Below, piece by piece: positions 61,660 through 64,000 of a DNA stretch of 64,000 nt (its first letter is position 1; each line of letters starts with the position of its first letter). This DNA is from an uncultured Thermoleophilia bacterium (lineage in GTDB: Bacteria; Actinomycetota; Thermoleophilia; UBA2241): positions 192,001 to 256,000 of the forward strand of contig CAVPCT010000003.1 in the NCBI GenBank assembly GCA_963702475.1. The letters run 5' to 3'. The notes under the pieces are model-generated. The model was not told where the DNA came from. It saw only the letters and a program-made list of their open reading frames with translations, and did no database searches. The translations under genes and the position numbers were made by a program.

Positions 61660-62487
61660 ATGAAGGATCCGACCGTTGTCGCAGGCGCCGGCGAGGCTGC
61701 CGCAGCGCCCGACCTGCAGACTATCGCCGACGAGATGGAGCAAACCATCGGGCTCGACGGTGCACCGGTGGCCGTGTTCCTGCTAGCTCCCGGGGCCGAC
61801 ATGTCGCCGTTCGCCGGTTGGGAAGCGGTGGAACGCCATCGCTACTGCCAGGCCCTGATGAAGGCGCGCGCCGGCGAGTGCGTCATCCTCGAGCCCGAGG
61901 AGCTGGCCTGCCCGGCGGCGGCCCGCGCCTTTGGCTTCAAGCCGTTGCCGCCGGCTCTGCAGACGGGCAAGGGCCTGGTCGGCTTCGGCATCGTCGCCAA
62001 ACCTGAGAGCGGCGCCACCATGTTTGACGGCATGAGCTGCCTCGAGCCGGGCACGGTGGCGCGCCTTGCGCTCTGCCCGCTGGCCGAGGCGCCGGCGCTG
62101 CCGGACGTGGTCGTTGTGGAAGGTCCTCCGGAGCAGCTCATGTGGCTGCTGCTGGCCGAGGTGAACCTGCGCGGCGGCGAACGTCTCACCGGCAGCACCG
62201 CCGTGCTGCAGGCGACCTGCGTCGACGCCACCGTCATCCCGCACCTCGAGCAGCGCCTGAACTTCACGATGGGCTGCTACGGCTGCCGCGAAGCCACCGA
62301 CATGGCGCCCGCCGAGACGGTCGTCGGCTTCCCTGGCTCTCGCCTCATGCAGCTCGTCGACAGCCTCGCCTTCCTCGGCGTCAAGGCGATTCCACGCTCG
62401 CGCGCCAAGCACGCCCACGAGGCACTCGTCAGTGGGTGCGCACCGAACGCTGACGCGCCGTCACCCTTCAGTCGGCGGGCAGAGTGA
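61660..62487 (+). CDS. DUF169-family protein
   Basis: PVAV..RYCQA..A..CP..G; PDVV..P.Q; ATC..GCYGCR. Confidence 0.85.
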   Translation: MKDPTVVAGAGEAAAAPDLQTIADEMEQTIGLDGAPVAVFLLAPGADMSPFAGWEAVERHRYCQALMKARAGECVILEPEELACPAAARAFGFKPLPPALQTGKGLVGFGIVAKPESGATMFDGMSCLEPGTVARLALCPLAEAPALPDVVVVEGPPEQLMWLLLAEVNLRGGERLTGSTAVLQATCVDATVIPHLEQRLNFTMGCYGCREATDMAPAETVVGFPGSRLMQLVDSLAFLGVKAIPRSRAKHAHEALVSGCAPNADAPSPFSRRAE

Positions 62488-62541
62488 CGCCGTCTCAATC
62501 CGCTTCCATCGTCCACCCATTCTCCGTCCAGAGGAGTCACC

Positions 62542-63138
62542 ATGCTTGATAAGGACCTGCTCGACCTCGGCCTCAGGTTCCACGGCCACAGGTGCCCGGC
62601 CATGCCCATGGGCCTGCGCGCCGGCGTCGCCGCAATGGAGGCCCTCGGCGTCGAGCGCGCGCCCGACGGCCAGCTCGTCGCCCTCGTCGAGATCGACGAG
62701 GACCACTGCGCCACCTGCTTCGCCGATGGTATCCAGGTCGCCACCGGCTGCACCTTCGGCAAGGGCAACATCCGTCGCCTCGGCTACGGCAAGTTCGGCC
62801 TCACACTGGTCGACAAGCGCACGCAGCGCGCCGTGCGCGTCGTGCCCAAGGGCAGCGTGATGATGAAGAACCGCGAGTCCGAGTTCATGAAGCTCCGCAG
62901 CTCCGGCATGCCGGCCTCGCAGATCCCCTCCGAACTCGTCGCCCCGCTGATCGCCAACGTCTCCTCGGCCCCCGACGCGGCGATCCTCGACGTCGGCGAG
63001 GTCAGCGCCTACGAGTGGCATGACGGACCGCACACCTTCGAGGCCTTCCTCTGCCCCGAGTGCGGTGAGATGGTCGTCGAGCGCAATGCGCGCGTCAAGG
63101 GCGGCGTCGCCGTCTGCCGTCCCTGCGCCGAGCGTTAG
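62542..63138 (+). CDS. FmdE-family protein with Zn finger (second paralog)
   Basis: FHGHRCP.MP.G, CFADGIQ..GCTFGKGN, CPECGE..CRPC. Confidence 0.88.
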   Translation: MLDKDLLDLGLRFHGHRCPAMPMGLRAGVAAMEALGVERAPDGQLVALVEIDEDHCATCFADGIQVATGCTFGKGNIRRLGYGKFGLTLVDKRTQRAVRVVPKGSVMMKNRESEFMKLRSSGMPASQIPSELVAPLIANVSSAPDAAILDVGEVSAYEWHDGPHTFEAFLCPECGEMVVERNARVKGGVAVCRPCAER

Positions 63139-63159
63139 GCCGCGGGGGAAGGTGCGCAC

Positions 63160-63902
63160 ATGACGAGCACCTACCTCATCGCCGCGCTCGTGACGCTCGC
63201 CTTCACGATCGTGCTCACCGTGGCCGGTCTCGGCGCGGCCTTCATCCTGGTGCCGGTCTACCTGGCTCTAGGAGTGGAGTTGCACTCGGCGCAGGCCACA
63301 GCGCTGCTACTCAACGCCATCGCCATGGCCTTCGCCTGCGCGCGCTACATCCCGGCGAAGCTGGTCGACTTCCGTATCGCCATCCCCATCGTCATCGTGG
63401 CTACGATCGTCTCGCCGCTCGGGGCCTACACCAGCTCCTTTGTGCCGGTAACGACGCTGAAGTGGATGTTCATCGGCTTCCTCGTCTTCGCCGGGGCGAT
63501 GATGCTCTTCTACAGGCCCAAGCCGCACGAGGTGGCCGGCCGGGGCGAGGTCGTCGGCGTGGGCTTGGGTGTCGGCGGCGCGGCCGGCTCCTCGGCGGCA
63601 TGCTGGCGTCGGCGCGGCAACTTCAGCGTCCCCGCGCTCGTGCGGCTCGGACTCGACCCAAACGCGCCTCCGGCACCACCGCGTTGCTGGTATTCGCCTC
63701 GTTCACGGGCTTCCTCGGCCAGGCCTCAGTCGCCACCATCGACCTCACACTGCTCGGCTGGACCGCCGCCGCCGCGATCATCGGTGCCCTGATCGGCTCG
63801 TGGCTCATGCACCGCAAGCTCCAGGCGGCGCAGGTGAAGACGTCCATCGGCGTGCTGCTCTTCTTCATCGCTGCGACGATGGCGTGGCAACTGCTGGCGT
63901 GA
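63160..63902 (+). CDS. TauE/SafE-family sulfur-compound exporter (frameshifts near 63585-63690)
   Basis: AGLGAAFILVP and repeated helical pattern; C-terminal half in a shifted frame. Confidence 0.8.
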
Positions 63903-63964
63903 CCAGACCAACTGGAACAGCCACGGTGGCTGGACAGGACAGTGCGACGAGCAGGGAGGCGACC

Positions 63965-64000
63965 ATGCAAGCGCGAGCAGAGATCGATCCCGGCACCTGC
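63965..64000 (+). CDS. Start of a probable DUF6951-like protein (runs off the window)
   Basis: GGGAGG RBS; MQARAEIDPGTC resembles MASSTIDSGVC of 8851-9168. Confidence 0.45.
   Translation, partial: MQARAEIDPGTC

Noticed and set aside
57508-63138. Selenocysteine readthrough in DGC, HdrA-like, FmdE or DUF169 genes
   Set aside because: The conserved positions are ordinary Cys codons and no in-frame TGA interrupts these ORFs.
57508-63138. Methanogenesis or glycine-cleavage pathway inferred from hdrA/fmdE/gcvH-like genes
   Set aside because: Only isolated domains are present; the catalytic partners are absent from the window.
1-64000. CRISPR array, rRNA, integrase or transposase
   Set aside because: No regularly spaced repeats, rRNA-like sequence or recombinase motifs were recognised by eye.

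Overview
High-GC bacterial window, probably Actinomycetota (actinobacterial-type qcrCAB; class Thermoleophilia is only an inference). It has four blocks. (1) 1-11 kb accessory region: an AsnB/F420-ligase-like fusion, a truncated AAA_14/DUF4143 ATPase, an ABC-2 exporter, an M20 deacylase, a hydantoinase-B scar and a cluster of partly decayed toxin-antitoxin modules. (2) 11-36.5 kb: a contiguous aerobic respiratory supercluster, with E. coli-type nuoA-N (fused NuoCD) divergent from qcrCAB, heme o synthase, caa3-type oxidase (fused subunits I/III) and copCD. (3) 36.5-45.8 kb: miscellaneous genes. (4) From a tRNA-Glu 3'-half (att-like, 45806-45853) to the window end: a probable integrated arsenic island. 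It carries ArsR, a TtrB/TtrA-like molybdoenzyme lacking a membrane anchor, ccdA/thioredoxins/arsR/acr3 and arsD-AhpD/arsA. These are followed by an uncharacterised Cys-rich module (HdrA-like, ferredoxin, DGC-GcvH, 2xDGC, Fe-S) and a second operon (FmdE, DUF169, FmdE, TauE, DUF6951) that shares an ArsR-type operator. Block 4 is the best candidate for an undescribed system. Many genes carry single-base frameshifts that look like sequencing or assembly indels. Family calls come from motif recognition, not database searches.
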